Source: Clostridia bacterium
GTDB lineage: Bacteria > Bacillota > Clostridia > Christensenellales > Aristaeellaceae
Assembly (NCBI GenBank): GCA_030537395.1
Contig: JAUNMW010000001.1
Span: forward strand, 1 to 58,519
Direction: 5' to 3'
Length of the DNA stretch: 58,519 nucleotides
Numbering within the stretch: position 1 is the stretch's first letter; each line of letters starts with the position of its first letter. The notes beneath the pieces are model-generated. The model was not told the DNA's origin, ran no database searches, and saw only the letters and a list, made by a program, of their open reading frames with translations. This document shows positions 1 to 8,545 of this stretch, piece after piece. A program made the position numbers and the translations under genes.

Positions 1-1683
1 TACAATTTTCTGATCGAAGCGAACATCATCGCCGGGATCGCCATTCTGCTGATGATCCCGGTGCGGAAATACTTACGAAAATTCCTGGGAAACCGTGCTA
101 TCTGCTTTGCCTGGCTGCTGGTGGCCGTCAGGCTTTTGTGCCCCTTGGCGCTGCCCAATCCCCTGATCAATGAAATCGTGACCCCCTACAACGACCAGCC
201 GGAGGCCGTGCGTCCCATCGCGGGGCAGGTACGGGTGCGGCTGGGCGACGCGCTGGGAGACGCTTCTTATGAAATGCTCAGTACGATCATGGACCGGGAC
301 GGCCTGTCCTTCAATGAAGCCATACAGAATCCTGCCTATCGCAAGCTGGTGGATATAGCAAACGGCTTCAGCAACGGGAGAACGGCCAGGGCAGGCATGA
401 CGATCTACGCCGTGGGCATGCTGGGCGTGGCGGCCTGGTTCGTCGTTGTCAATGTCCGCTATCAGCGCGCGTTGCGGAAGAACCGCATCGAGCCTTTGGA
501 CGGCGAATTGAAAGCATACTATGAACAGCTCTGCGAAAAATACGGGGTCAAGCCCCTTCCGGTATACTTCGTGGACCCCCTGTCCAGCGCCTGCCTGGTG
601 GGTGGGGTGAAGCCCTATATCGCTCTGCCCCTGGCGGCCACGGAAAACCAGGCCCGGCAAATGCTGGCCCATGAGCTGTACCACTACAAGGCGGGGGACA
701 ACCTTTGGACGCTTGTGACCCTGTTCTGCTGCGTGATCCATTGGTTCAATCCCCTGGTGTGGGCCGCAGCGGCTATGAGCCGCATGGATCGGGAACTGAA
801 ATGCGACGACAACGTGACCCGGGACATGGACGAGGAAGCCCGACGGCTGTACGCGGGCACGCTGATCCAGTCCGTCACCCGCCGTTCATTCCCCGGCGTG
901 CCCATGCTGGTTACCGGCATGAGCATGACGGGCCGGAAAATGAAGGCCCGGGTGGGCGGCATCCTGTGGGGCGGCAAGCGGATCAAAGCGCTGGCCATGG
1001 CGTTTGTGATCGCTGCCAGCCTGCTGCTGGTATGCGCCTTCGGAACTGCTGCTTATGGGGAAGCGCCCAACCCCTGGGACGAAGAAGAGGACAGACGATC
1101 TTATTTTTGGAACGCGGAGGGAGGCCAAAGCCTGGAAGAAGCGCTGGCGGCTGAAAACGCCATTCCCACCAAGGAAGCGGCCATTGAAAAAGCCAAGGAA
1201 TTGCTGAGCAGCGAATACTTCCAAATGGACGTATCGGGCAACGGCTGGAAATGGACCGTGGACGACAGCCAGTATGGCCCCATGAACCGGCGGAATTACT
1301 ATGTGACCGGGAAAAAAGCCGGTCAGGAGGGAACGGTGCTGGTTTTCATGGCGGTGGACGGCAGCGGAGCCTGGACCGTCAGCAACGGGACTGATCCCTT
1401 GTTTACCAAGGATTATATGATGGATCCCGGCTTTGTGGACAAAGCGCCCGTAACGGAAGAAACGCTGGAAAAGGTGAAGCAGTTCTGCCTGGATTTTACG
1501 GAAATGGCGGAGCCCGGCGAAACCTGTTATTTAAAGGATATTTATTTCCATGAGTTCATCGTGGTGGACGATGTGATTTACGTTCAGATGGAGGCAACCT
1601 ACAACCAGGATTCCGGCAAAACGTATAATGTGCAGGTTGCTCCGGAAATCAGGCTGGTGGATGTGTATACGGGGAATGGATAA
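1..1683 (+). CDS. M56-family (BlaR1/MecR1-like) membrane metalloprotease sensor, 5' end probably off-window
   Basis: The frame is open from nt 1, with no stop before the first ATG at 52. There are N-terminal hydrophobic helices. An HELYH (HExxH) motif is followed by KAGDNLW, as in M56 peptidases. The C-terminal domain is long and extracytoplasmic. The family call is from motif memory only. Confidence 0.8.
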   Translation, partial: YNFLIEANIIAGIAILLMIPVRKYLRKFLGNRAICFAWLLVAVRLLCPLALPNPLINEIVTPYNDQPEAVRPIAGQVRVRLGDALGDASYEMLSTIMDRDGLSFNEAIQNPAYRKLVDIANGFSNGRTARAGMTIYAVGMLGVAAWFVVVNVRYQRALRKNRIEPLDGELKAYYEQLCEKYGVKPLPVYFVDPLSSACLVGGVKPYIALPLAATENQARQMLAHELYHYKAGDNLWTLVTLFCCVIHWFNPLVWAAAAMSRMDRELKCDDNVTRDMDEEARRLYAGTLIQSVTRRSFPGVPMLVTGMSMTGRKMKARVGGILWGGKRIKALAMAFVIAASLLLVCAFGTAAYGEAPNPWDEEEDRRSYFWNAEGGQSLEEALAAENAIPTKEAAIEKAKELLSSEYFQMDVSGNGWKWTVDDSQYGPMNRRNYYVTGKKAGQEGTVLVFMAVDGSGAWTVSNGTDPLFTKDYMMDPGFVDKAPVTEETLEKVKQFCLDFTEMAEPGETCYLKDIYFHEFIVVDDVIYVQMEATYNQDSGKTYNVQVAPEIRLVDVYTGNG

Positions 1684-1784
1684 AGCCGTCAGACGCGCAG
1701 AGAACGGGGCAAAACGCTTCGTTCTCCGTGCTTCATCCTTTGCGGTACATGATTGCATGGATGATTCCAAAAGGAGGAATCGGT

Positions 1785-2702
1785 TTGAAGCGAATCTTTT
1801 GTCTCCTGATCGCTTTCTGTCTGCTTTCTGGCGTTTCTGCCTGGGCGGAGGAAAGGGAATGGACGTATTATGAAAGCCCCTATGGGTTCAGCCTGTGGTA
1901 TGACGCAGGCGCGTACCTGATTGAAGATGAGCGGGAGGACGGCGCGGTGATCATCTATCCCCTGGCGCTGTATACCCCGTTGGAAACTCTGAATGAAGCC
2001 GGGTGGATAGCCGTGCCAAAGGATGAAACGGCGCAGGCGGGCATCCGTATCAAGATGTCTTTCCAGCCCGTGGAAGCGGATTGGACTCCGCCTTCGGATC
2101 ATATTCCCACGGACAAGGAGCTGGACGTCGCCTGGCCGTATTTTTGCACGACCATGAACCTGGAAAAAGGGGTTCCCGGCCCCTATACGGAGGATGATTT
2201 GTTCGTTCTTCTCCCGTCCTGCTTTTTCACCGCCGGCATTGCCTATCCCCAGGGAGACCCGGACGGCTGGAGCGAAAAGCTGTGGGATGTGCTTTCTACC
2301 CTGGAGTTCCCGCCCCAGCCGGTCATTACCGATGATTTCCTGCTGGATTATTTCCAGGGCGGGGCTGCGGGCATGCAATTCATTGATGTGGTGTATGAGG
2401 ACGCGGAGCCCATTACCTTGGTTCCATATCGGGATATGAAGGATTTCATGCTGGAAGCGGTCGCCTGGGAGTTTGACGCTGATCCGGGCATCGTGTCCGA
2501 TGGGCTCAGTGTTTTTCCGCTCTACACCGCCGATCCGCTGTCTCCCGGGAACAACCTGAACATCTATTGCTATTTTGCCGATGTGCTGCCCACGCTGCGC
2601 ATCCGTTACACGGATGCGGATGGAAAGGATCAATGCTGGTATATCACCCAAAGCGGGCGGGATGGCTCTTTGCTGTTGCTTTCAGAAGAAGAATTTTTCT
2701 GA
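1785..2702 (+). CDS. Secreted hypothetical protein
   Basis: A TTG start at 1785 sits 7 nt after AAGGAGG (1771-1777). The signal peptide reads KRIFCLLIAFCLLSGVSAWA. I recognise no family. The track ORF begins at 1728, but that start has no SD. Confidence 0.65.
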   Translation: MKRIFCLLIAFCLLSGVSAWAEEREWTYYESPYGFSLWYDAGAYLIEDEREDGAVIIYPLALYTPLETLNEAGWIAVPKDETAQAGIRIKMSFQPVEADWTPPSDHIPTDKELDVAWPYFCTTMNLEKGVPGPYTEDDLFVLLPSCFFTAGIAYPQGDPDGWSEKLWDVLSTLEFPPQPVITDDFLLDYFQGGAAGMQFIDVVYEDAEPITLVPYRDMKDFMLEAVAWEFDADPGIVSDGLSVFPLYTADPLSPGNNLNIYCYFADVLPTLRIRYTDADGKDQCWYITQSGRDGSLLLLSEEEFF

Positions 2703-2711
2703 AATCAAAGC

Positions 2712-2747
2712 AAAAAAGCGGAGCGCAGAGCATAAACTCCGCGCTCC
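2712..2747 (-). terminator. Rho-independent terminator between convergent genes
   Basis: GGAGCGC(a)GAG at 2720-2730 pairs with CTC(c)GCGCTCC at 2737-2747. The A6 run at 2712-2717 gives a U-tract on the minus strand, after the anti-sigma gene ending at 2770. Confidence 0.6.
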
Positions 2748-2769
2748 ACTCTCCGCGCTTCAAGCTGAT

Positions 2770-3714
2770 TTACTGCATGGCTTCCTGGAACGCTTCAAAA
2801 AATTCGGGGCAGGCCCAGGTGCCGCAGGCAATCACCCGCTCGCCGTTGACGGCCATTTGCAGCACGATGCCGCTACTGAGCTGAATCAAAAGAGACTGGT
2901 TGGTTTCGCTGCCCCCTGCCCGCAGGAAGGAAGCGCTGCCGGTGAGGATTTTCACCAGCCGCTGAGCGGTGGCCGCGTCGTTGATAGCGCCCACGCCGGA
3001 CAATTCCAGGGCTACGGGGTTGTTGGCCTTTAGGGTGTCGGCCAGGCTTTCGCCGCCCACCAGGGCGTTATCGCCGAAGGATACCCGCTGGAACACCCGG
3101 GTCTGGCCGTTCACGTTGGCGGCCACCATGGCCCCGTTCATGCCGCTGACGGCATACACAGTTTCGCCCGCCGCCACGGTGTTGGAGCAAATGCCGTTTT
3201 TACCGGCCAGAGCGGGCTCACTGGTGAAGGTGTCCACCGCGCCCAGGGATGAACCCAGCAGGGAGCCGGACACGGAGGTGGGGTTGGTGAGCATCCGATA
3301 GTAACGGCCATTGACCCCGATCATCGGGAAATTGCCGCCGCTCATGGGGGCCCAGATGCTGCGGTAGGAAGGATTGCGGGAGGCGCCGATGGAAAGACTG
3401 CCCGCAGGCACGTCCAGCGCCAGCTTTTCACCCACCGTCACATTGCCGGAGGGGAAGGATTCCAGCAGCGGCGTATTGCTGGGGGTGGGTCCGCTTTTAC
3501 GCAGATTGGGCAGGGTAAAGGCCCCCACGCCGATCAATACAACCAGCGCGCACAGGGCGGGCGCCAGACGCCGAACCACAAAAACGGATGTCCGGGGCCG
3601 CCGCTTTTCCTCCGCAGCCCGCAAAATTTTTCTTTTCAATTGTTCATCCGCCTGAAGCCCGGTGGATTCTGCTATTTCAGGCAAGGTCCGCAGCCTTTCC
3701 TCCAGGTTCTTCAT
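2770..3714 (-). CDS. Putative anti-sigma factor (single-pass membrane protein)
   Basis: The MKNLEE start at 3714 overlaps the sigma gene stop (ATGA overlap at 3711-3714). It has a short cytoplasmic N-terminus, one TM helix (LAPALCALVVLIGVGAF) and a large external domain. The role is inferred from position and topology. There is no ZAS motif. Confidence 0.6.
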   Translation of the reverse strand: MKNLEERLRTLPEIAESTGLQADEQLKRKILRAAEEKRRPRTSVFVVRRLAPALCALVVLIGVGAFTLPNLRKSGPTPSNTPLLESFPSGNVTVGEKLALDVPAGSLSIGASRNPSYRSIWAPMSGGNFPMIGVNGRYYRMLTNPTSVSGSLLGSSLGAVDTFTSEPALAGKNGICSNTVAAGETVYAVSGMNGAMVAANVNGQTRVFQRVSFGDNALVGGESLADTLKANNPVALELSGVGAINDAATAQRLVKILTGSASFLRAGGSETNQSLLIQLSSGIVLQMAVNGERVIACGTWACPEFFEAFQEAMQ

Positions 3715-4226
3715 TGCGCGCCACTCTCCTTCAAAATTTCCTCTAATTTTTTCCTGCCGCGGCTCAGGCGGCTGGAGATGGTGCCCTCCGGCACCTTGAG
3801 CATTTCCGCGATTTCGGCGATGCCGTAGCCCTGATAATAATGCAGCAGGATCACATCCCGAAAATCGGCGGGCAATCGGCGGATGGAAGCTAATAGCTCC
3901 TGCTTTTCCAGGTTTTCGTCCATCCGGTCCGGGGCGGGGGTCAATTCCATGGCGGGGCTTCCCAGCACCACCCGCTTGACCCACGCCGCGCGCCAAATAT
4001 CCCGGCACCGGTTCAGGGCCACCTTCAGCAGCCAGGGCTTTTCTTTGCCTTCTTCCAGGTCCGGGGCGTTGGTCAGCAGCCGCACGAACACGTCCTGGGT
4101 CACGTCCTCCGCCTGGTGCCGATCGCCCAGATAAAAATAACTGACCCGCAGCACGTCGTTGGCGTATTTTTCATAAATCGCCTCAAACCGTGCGTCGTCC
4201 ATACGGGCGCTCGTCCGCTCACTCAT
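3711..4226 (-). CDS. ECF-type sigma-70 family RNA polymerase sigma factor
   Basis: Region 2 reads DVTQDVFVRL and WLLKVALNRCRD. The region 4 HTH reads GYGIAEIAEMLKVPEGTISSRLSRGRKKL. I chose the start at MSERTS (ATG 4226, AGGAAGG upstream); 4202 or 4256 are possible alternatives. Confidence 0.85.
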   Translation of the reverse strand: MSERTSARMDDARFEAIYEKYANDVLRVSYFYLGDRHQAEDVTQDVFVRLLTNAPDLEEGKEKPWLLKVALNRCRDIWRAAWVKRVVLGSPAMELTPAPDRMDENLEKQELLASIRRLPADFRDVILLHYYQGYGIAEIAEMLKVPEGTISSRLSRGRKKLEEILKESGAQ

Positions 4227-4287
4227 ACAACGATTGATCCTTCCTGTTTCTTGCAAGGTAAGTAAATTTTTCTCAATTTTTGTTTTC

Positions 4288-4347
4288 GGAAGGTGTATCG
4301 CCCTTCCGCCCTTCCATTATACCCCTGTTTCCCTCGGCAGGTCAAGG
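4288..4347 (-). promoter_or_regulatory. Conserved upstream element, copy A, containing a sigma-70-like promoter
   Basis: The minus strand reads TTGACC (4345-4340), an 18-nt spacer, then TATAAT (4321-4316). The segment is about 85% identical to 6281-6338 (6 mismatches and a 2-nt indel over about 54 nt). It also contains GGGAAAC...CGGAA, which could be an ECF-type -35/-10. Confidence 0.5.
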
Positions 4348-4381
4348 GCCGGAAGCGGGAAAAACGCATATCCCAGATATG

Positions 4382-4425
4382 AAAAAGGCAGCCTCCCGCG
4401 CCGCTTGGCTTGGAAGGCTGCCTTT
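4382..4425 (-). terminator. Rho-independent terminator
   Basis: AAGGCAGCCT (4385-4394) pairs with AGGCTGCCTT (4415-4424). The A5 run at 4382-4386 gives a U-tract on the minus strand. It lies 9 nt after the gene ending at 4434. Confidence 0.7.
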
Positions 4426-4433
4426 GCCGATAT

Positions 4434-5381
4434 TTATTTGTCATCGTTTGGCGTCGTGGAATCGTTCCCAGAAATGGGCGTAGGGGGTGCCGAGACCAGG
4501 GGCATGCGCGTGGGCTGGGGCATGTCTATGTATTGAATGGATAATTCGCCATCCTCGTTCAGGGTAAGCGTGACTTTGTCCGAAAGATTGATAAACCGGG
4601 GCTCATCCGGGATCGCGCCGCTTTCATCCACCAGCCCCAAGCTGCGCGGTATCGTGGTTTCCGTGCATTTGATGATTTGTCCTTCCTCGTTCAGGAATAT
4701 TTCCGAGTTGTAGCTCAGGGAATACTGGTAGGATGAAAAATCGATCTTATAAGATTTGGAATATATATCTGCCGAGAACTTGTAACCGGATCCCTCCACG
4801 ACGTCGAAGCTGTTAAACAGATACGGCGCAAACGGCAGGCCGGAGGCGGCTTCCGGCGCTTCAATCCAATGATCTGGATACAAGGAGTAGAAATAATCGC
4901 CCTGAGCGTCTTCGTCCTGCGGTGACTGGCTGCCTATCAGCTTATACATGTATTTCACCTGAGCTACAACGGCGTTCAGTGAAAGGGAGGATACCGCTTC
5001 CCCCGCGTCATTCAGCACCGTCACTTTTACCGGGGCGTAAACCTGCTCGATCACATACCGGTCAACGACGATTTCTTCCAGGGCCTCCAATTCTTTGCGT
5101 TCCGGCTGGTTGGTCACCAGGTCCGGGTGGGTGCCGATGCCGTTGGACAGCGCCTCCGACACCGTATCCCAGTTTTCGGCCAACCCAACCGTCAGGGCGA
5201 ATATCATGATCAAGGCCGCGACCAGGCCCAAAGAAAACCTTTTTTTCACTTTTGGTTCCTCCGTTTCATTGTTTATGATCCTCTGCGCCAGCCAGGGGTC
5301 CTCTGTGAGCCCGGACAGGCGATGGTCCACCGCGTCCCGGAATTGCTGCCGGGTCATGGGTTCCTGCGCTTCTTTTTTCAC
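4434..5381 (-). CDS. Putative anti-sigma factor (single-pass membrane protein)
   Basis: It has an ATGA overlap with the upstream sigma gene (5378-5381). It has a cytoplasmic N-terminus, one TM helix (LGLVAALIMIFALTVGLA) and an external domain. The role is inferred from context. Confidence 0.6.
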   Translation of the reverse strand: MKKEAQEPMTRQQFRDAVDHRLSGLTEDPWLAQRIINNETEEPKVKKRFSLGLVAALIMIFALTVGLAENWDTVSEALSNGIGTHPDLVTNQPERKELEALEEIVVDRYVIEQVYAPVKVTVLNDAGEAVSSLSLNAVVAQVKYMYKLIGSQSPQDEDAQGDYFYSLYPDHWIEAPEAASGLPFAPYLFNSFDVVEGSGYKFSADIYSKSYKIDFSSYQYSLSYNSEIFLNEEGQIIKCTETTIPRSLGLVDESGAIPDEPRFINLSDKVTLTLNEDGELSIQYIDMPQPTRMPLVSAPPTPISGNDSTTPNDDK

Positions 5382-5905
5382 AGATCGTCCCTCCTTTCCA
5401 GCGTCAGGGCGTCCCTTAGCTTCCCTCGCGCCCTGTTTAGCCTTTCGGACACCGAGGAATGGGATATGCCCAGCGTTTCCGCAATTTCATTTACATTCAT
5501 GGCTTGATAATAATACAACAGAATCACTTCCCTCAGCTTCGGCGGAAGCTCCATCACCTGGGTGATCAGTTCTTCCTCTTTCGCTGTAAAAGGAACGGAG
5601 GCGGGCGGCAGATCGTCCGGCGTCACCCGCCTGTCCACATGCCGAAACCAGGCGCTTTTTCGCATGTCATGGCAGGTGTTCAGCGCAATGGACATCAGCC
5701 AGGTTTTTTCGCCGCTGTCGCCCCGGAAGCTTTGCCAATTCCGGTACGCCTTGAAAAATGTTTCCTGCACCGCGTCCCGGGCCTGCTCCTGATCGCGCAG
5801 ATACAGATAGCAAAACCGCAGCAGCGCCGTTTGGTATTGGAAAACCAACTGCTCAAACAGCTCGTTTTTTTCTGAAAGCCTGTCCGGGCCCTGGACAAAC
5901 TCCAT
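5378..5905 (-). CDS. ECF-type sigma-70 family RNA polymerase sigma factor
   Basis: The start is MEFVQG (ATG 5905), preceded by AAAGGAGGGAG. Region 2 reads ARDAVQETFFKAY and WLMSIALNTCHD. The region 4 HTH reads MNVNEIAETLGISHSSVSERLNRARGKL. Confidence 0.85.
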   Translation of the reverse strand: MEFVQGPDRLSEKNELFEQLVFQYQTALLRFCYLYLRDQEQARDAVQETFFKAYRNWQSFRGDSGEKTWLMSIALNTCHDMRKSAWFRHVDRRVTPDDLPPASVPFTAKEEELITQVMELPPKLREVILLYYYQAMNVNEIAETLGISHSSVSERLNRARGKLRDALTLERRDDL

Positions 5906-6081
5906 ACCGCTCTCCCTCCTTTCACTTATTTTGACGAGACAAAAAGAATAAATGTCGGTTTTCAAGAATATTTTTTGCTTTTATTGTATCGAATGAATCG
6001 AGACGTGACAACAGGGAAAAGAAAAAACATTTGCGCAGCCGATCAGCATCCGGTAGAATGGAACAAGACGAGAAAAGAGAA

Positions 6082-6280
6082 AATGCATCCTGACAAAGAC
6101 AACCCTCTCTTTCCTGAAATACACGGCAATTTCGGTTTTGGCCGCATGCGGCTTCCCATGACAGGAAAAAGCGTGGATTTGGAGCCGCTCAGCGCCATGG
6201 CGGATGAATACCTGCGGCGACTTTCATGATTTCGACACCGTCCACGGCTTTTTGAACGAAAAAAGCGAAACGGCCCTGCG
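6082..6280 (+). pseudogene. Remnant of an aldo/keto reductase N-terminus (frameshifted, truncated)
   Basis: The translation gives FGFGRMRLPMTGKSVDLEPLSAMADEYL, then a stop. The +1 frame then reads DFDTVHGFLNEKSETALRRC. This resembles the GFGCMRLP ... YFDTAxGY..G.SE N-terminus of AKRs. Only about 65 codons remain of a roughly 300-370 aa family. Confidence 0.45.
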
Positions 6281-6338
6281 GAGGTGTATCGCCCCTTTCC
6301 GCACTTCCATTATATCCCTGTTTCCCGTAGCAGGTTAA
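6281..6338 (-). promoter_or_regulatory. Conserved upstream element, copy B, containing a sigma-70-like promoter
   Basis: The minus strand reads TTAACC (6338-6333), an 18-nt spacer, then TATAAT (6314-6309). It is a paralogue of 4288-4347. It lies about 400 nt upstream of the sigma gene start at 5905, directly after a terminator. Confidence 0.45.
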
Positions 6339-6370
6339 AAAAGCAGACGAACCCCGTCTGCTTGAAAAAA
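6337..6370 (-). terminator. Rho-independent terminator (bidirectional shape)
   Basis: AAGCAGACG (6341-6349) pairs with CGTCTGCTT (6355-6363) around a 5-nt loop. A-runs lie on both sides. It follows the minus gene ending at 6396. Confidence 0.7.
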
Positions 6371-6395
6371 TGACCGTTATTCCGTTCCCGCAAAA

Positions 6396-7349
6396 TTATT
6401 CCTCGGGCAGCGCGTGGTATTCGCCGCTTTGGGCCAGGGCCTGCACCAGGGCAGAGGCAAGCTCATAATTCGCGTCCGATTCATCCGCGTTGGTGTAGCT
6501 GCAGCAATACTTGTATCCGTAATCCCCCATCCACACTTCCACATACAGCGTTCGATAGCTTCTTTTTTCCGCTGCCTGGAATGAACCGTAGGCTTTTTCG
6601 GCATATTCATCCTTTGCCAGGGTACGCTCGAAGGATTTTTGACTGCTGATGGCGGAGGTGGTATAGAAGGAAAACTGCGTGCCGTTTTCATCTTCATACG
6701 CGCCGTTGACGTGGAGGCACGAATCCCGCATGATCGTTTGCGTCAGCGGGATGGCCGTTCCCTGAAAATCGATCTCCTGAGGATAGTACATGGTTCCGCC
6801 GTCGTTGATCAGCTTATCCGCCGGGAAGCCCGAATCGAACAGGGCGACGGACGGCAGGGCCAGAACGGCTTCCCTTATTTCGTTCAGATAAGCGTCTCCT
6901 TTTCCAGTATCATCCGGGTCTATTACGGCCTGAAGGAAATACGTATCCGGGTCCATGGGGAGATCTCCCAGATGAATGACGATGATATTGTCCTCCGTCA
7001 GATACGCAGGATGATCGCCTGCTTTCAGCAGCGTCCGTCCTTCTTCCTCGGTGGTAAACTCCTGCTCGGTCAATCTATCTCCGGCCTTCCTTTTATCTTT
7101 GGAAACAGCCAGGAAATGGACGCCGACGCTGGCACCGTCCGTGTTGAAATAGCAGCTCGTATTTGCGGAAAGGGTCAGATTGCTGACGGTCCATTCCCCT
7201 TCCGGCAGATAGAAGGTAAAATCCGCGCCAAGGATTCGATTGCGGAGCGTGACCGGCTGCCGGGTATCCTTCGGCGCGGCGGCTTCGGCCATCGCGGAAG
7301 AAAGCATGATCGCCAATACGGCAGCAAACAGGAGCATGATCTTTTTCAT
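6396..7349 (-). CDS. Secreted hypothetical protein
   Basis: The signal peptide is MKKIMLLFAAVLAIMLSSAMAEA and the SD is AAAGGAGGAAA. I recognise no family. Confidence 0.75.
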   Translation of the reverse strand: MKKIMLLFAAVLAIMLSSAMAEAAAPKDTRQPVTLRNRILGADFTFYLPEGEWTVSNLTLSANTSCYFNTDGASVGVHFLAVSKDKRKAGDRLTEQEFTTEEEGRTLLKAGDHPAYLTEDNIIVIHLGDLPMDPDTYFLQAVIDPDDTGKGDAYLNEIREAVLALPSVALFDSGFPADKLINDGGTMYYPQEIDFQGTAIPLTQTIMRDSCLHVNGAYEDENGTQFSFYTTSAISSQKSFERTLAKDEYAEKAYGSFQAAEKRSYRTLYVEVWMGDYGYKYCCSYTNADESDANYELASALVQALAQSGEYHALPEE

Positions 7350-7417
7350 GGTCGTTTCCTCCTTTATGGGTCGTTGGAGCGATGATGGATCATGACGAAC
7401 AGGAATAGGATATGATG

Positions 7418-7446
7418 ATTATAAACGATCGGAAAGAATTTGTCGA
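7418..7446 (-). promoter_or_regulatory. Sigma-70-like promoter for 6396..7349
   Basis: The minus strand reads TCGACA (7446-7441), a 17-nt spacer, then TATAAT (7423-7418). Confidence 0.5.
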
Positions 7447-7574
7447 TAAAAATAGATGAAAAAAAGGGGATATTGATTATTTCGCGGCAAACGCACAAGC
7501 GCCTGCGGGTTTGCGCCATGCATTGATTGAAAAATGAGAAAATACCGCCTGATCATTCGTCTTTTTTCGCCGGC

Positions 7575-8252
7575 TCAGGCGGCCCGGAACACCATTTCCT
7601 TTTCATGCAGCTTCAGCGCTTCCACAGGGTCGGCGGAGCGGTCAAGCCAGAAATTGCGGGAAGCATCTGAAAAAATGACGGGCATCCGGTCATGAATAAA
7701 AGCGATTTCCGGGGCGGGTTCCCGGGTCAAAATGGAAAACACGGGCAGCCGCTGGGATTCTTCGTAGCGATAGATGGCGGCCAGATAGATCGGCCCGGTG
7801 GTTTTGGGCCGAATGGCGTACTTGAGTTTCTGCGCGTTTTTGGTTTTCCGTTTAGGGAGGGAATCCCTTTCGATTTGAAAAGAGGCCATACCGTCCAGTA
7901 AGCTTTGCTGCCCGTCGCGCAATTCCCATTCAAAATACCAGGAGGCGGGGATCAGGCAGCGCCGCGACTGCATGGAGGCGCGAAACATGGGCTTTTCCAG
8001 CGCCGTTTCGCTGCGGGTATTGATGATCAGCCCCTTGCTGTCGGGACGGTGAAAGCCCCACTGCATGGGATACGCGCTGATATTGCCCGTTTTGCTCATG
8101 GCCAGCGCGGCCACGGTGGCCGAAGGAAAGATTTCTCCCCGGGCAACGGTTTGCTCTCCCACAATGGCCTGCTGACGCCGGGACGCTTCCTCGATCATCA
8201 TGTTCAGCAGTTCATCTTCATTCTCTTCCGCGATAAAAAAACGTCCGCACAT
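7575..8252 (-). CDS. SOS response-associated peptidase (SRAP / YedK-HMCES family, abasic-site crosslinking)
   Basis: The start was chosen so the protein begins MCGRF, giving the catalytic Cys2 of the family. The SD GAGAGGTG lies 6 nt upstream. A conserved HDRMPVI motif is present. The track start at 8261 would add 3 residues. Confidence 0.9.
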   Translation of the reverse strand: MCGRFFIAEENEDELLNMMIEEASRRQQAIVGEQTVARGEIFPSATVAALAMSKTGNISAYPMQWGFHRPDSKGLIINTRSETALEKPMFRASMQSRRCLIPASWYFEWELRDGQQSLLDGMASFQIERDSLPKRKTKNAQKLKYAIRPKTTGPIYLAAIYRYEESQRLPVFSILTREPAPEIAFIHDRMPVIFSDASRNFWLDRSADPVEALKLHEKEMVFRAA

Positions 8253-8281
8253 AAGCTTCACCTCTCCCGTATTCTATTATA

Positions 8282-8530
8282 TCATGTTTCTTCCAGAAAC
8301 CAATAGTCCCGGTCGTGGAAAAGGTAAATCACCTGATCCCCGATCCGGCAGGTATAGCGCACGCCCTGTCCGCCCGCCTTGAGGGCGGGGGCCTGGCGCA
8401 CGTCCAGGATGCGGTCAATGATGGTTTTCTGCCCGTCTTCCGTTTTGAACATCAGGGGCAGGATCCTGCCATCCGGCATAAAATCCGCCCGCACCTTCAC
8501 ATATTCCTTGTGCTCCCCGGGGAATACCAT
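8282..8530 (-). CDS. 82-aa conserved-looking hypothetical protein in the SOS operon
   Basis: The ATG at 8530 has the SD AAGGGAGG 9 nt upstream, overlapping the 3' end of dinB. It lies 29 nt before the SRAP gene. It has no TM segment and I recognise no motif. Confidence 0.7.
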   Translation of the reverse strand: MVFPGEHKEYVKVRADFMPDGRILPLMFKTEDGQKTIIDRILDVRQAPALKAGGQGVRYTCRIGDQVIYLFHDRDYWFLEET

Positions 8531-8545
8531 AGCTTATCGCCTCCC

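Noticed and set aside
2770-4008. N-terminally extended versions of several track ORFs: 2770..4008, 10000..10920, 29347..31233, 31158..33833, 33898..34695, 34757..36319, 48589..49434, 50961..53153.
   Set aside because: The extensions overlap upstream genes or intergenic promoters, are Arg/Gly/Pro-rich junk, and lack SD sequences. Internal starts have good SDs and give family-typical N-termini (MRIIFVRHG, MLKILLSGACGRMG, signal peptides).
4234-4536. A 100-aa plus-strand ORF, and the 67-aa ORF at 4280..4483, lying between the two sigma modules.
   Set aside because: They run across a promoter-like element, a terminator hairpin and the 3' end of the anti-sigma gene. They have no SD and a junk-like composition.
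5975-6229. An 84-aa plus-strand ORF as an intact small gene.
   Set aside because: Only its C-terminal half resembles anything (an AKR N-terminus). The similarity continues in another frame after the stop. I interpret it as a pseudogene remnant.
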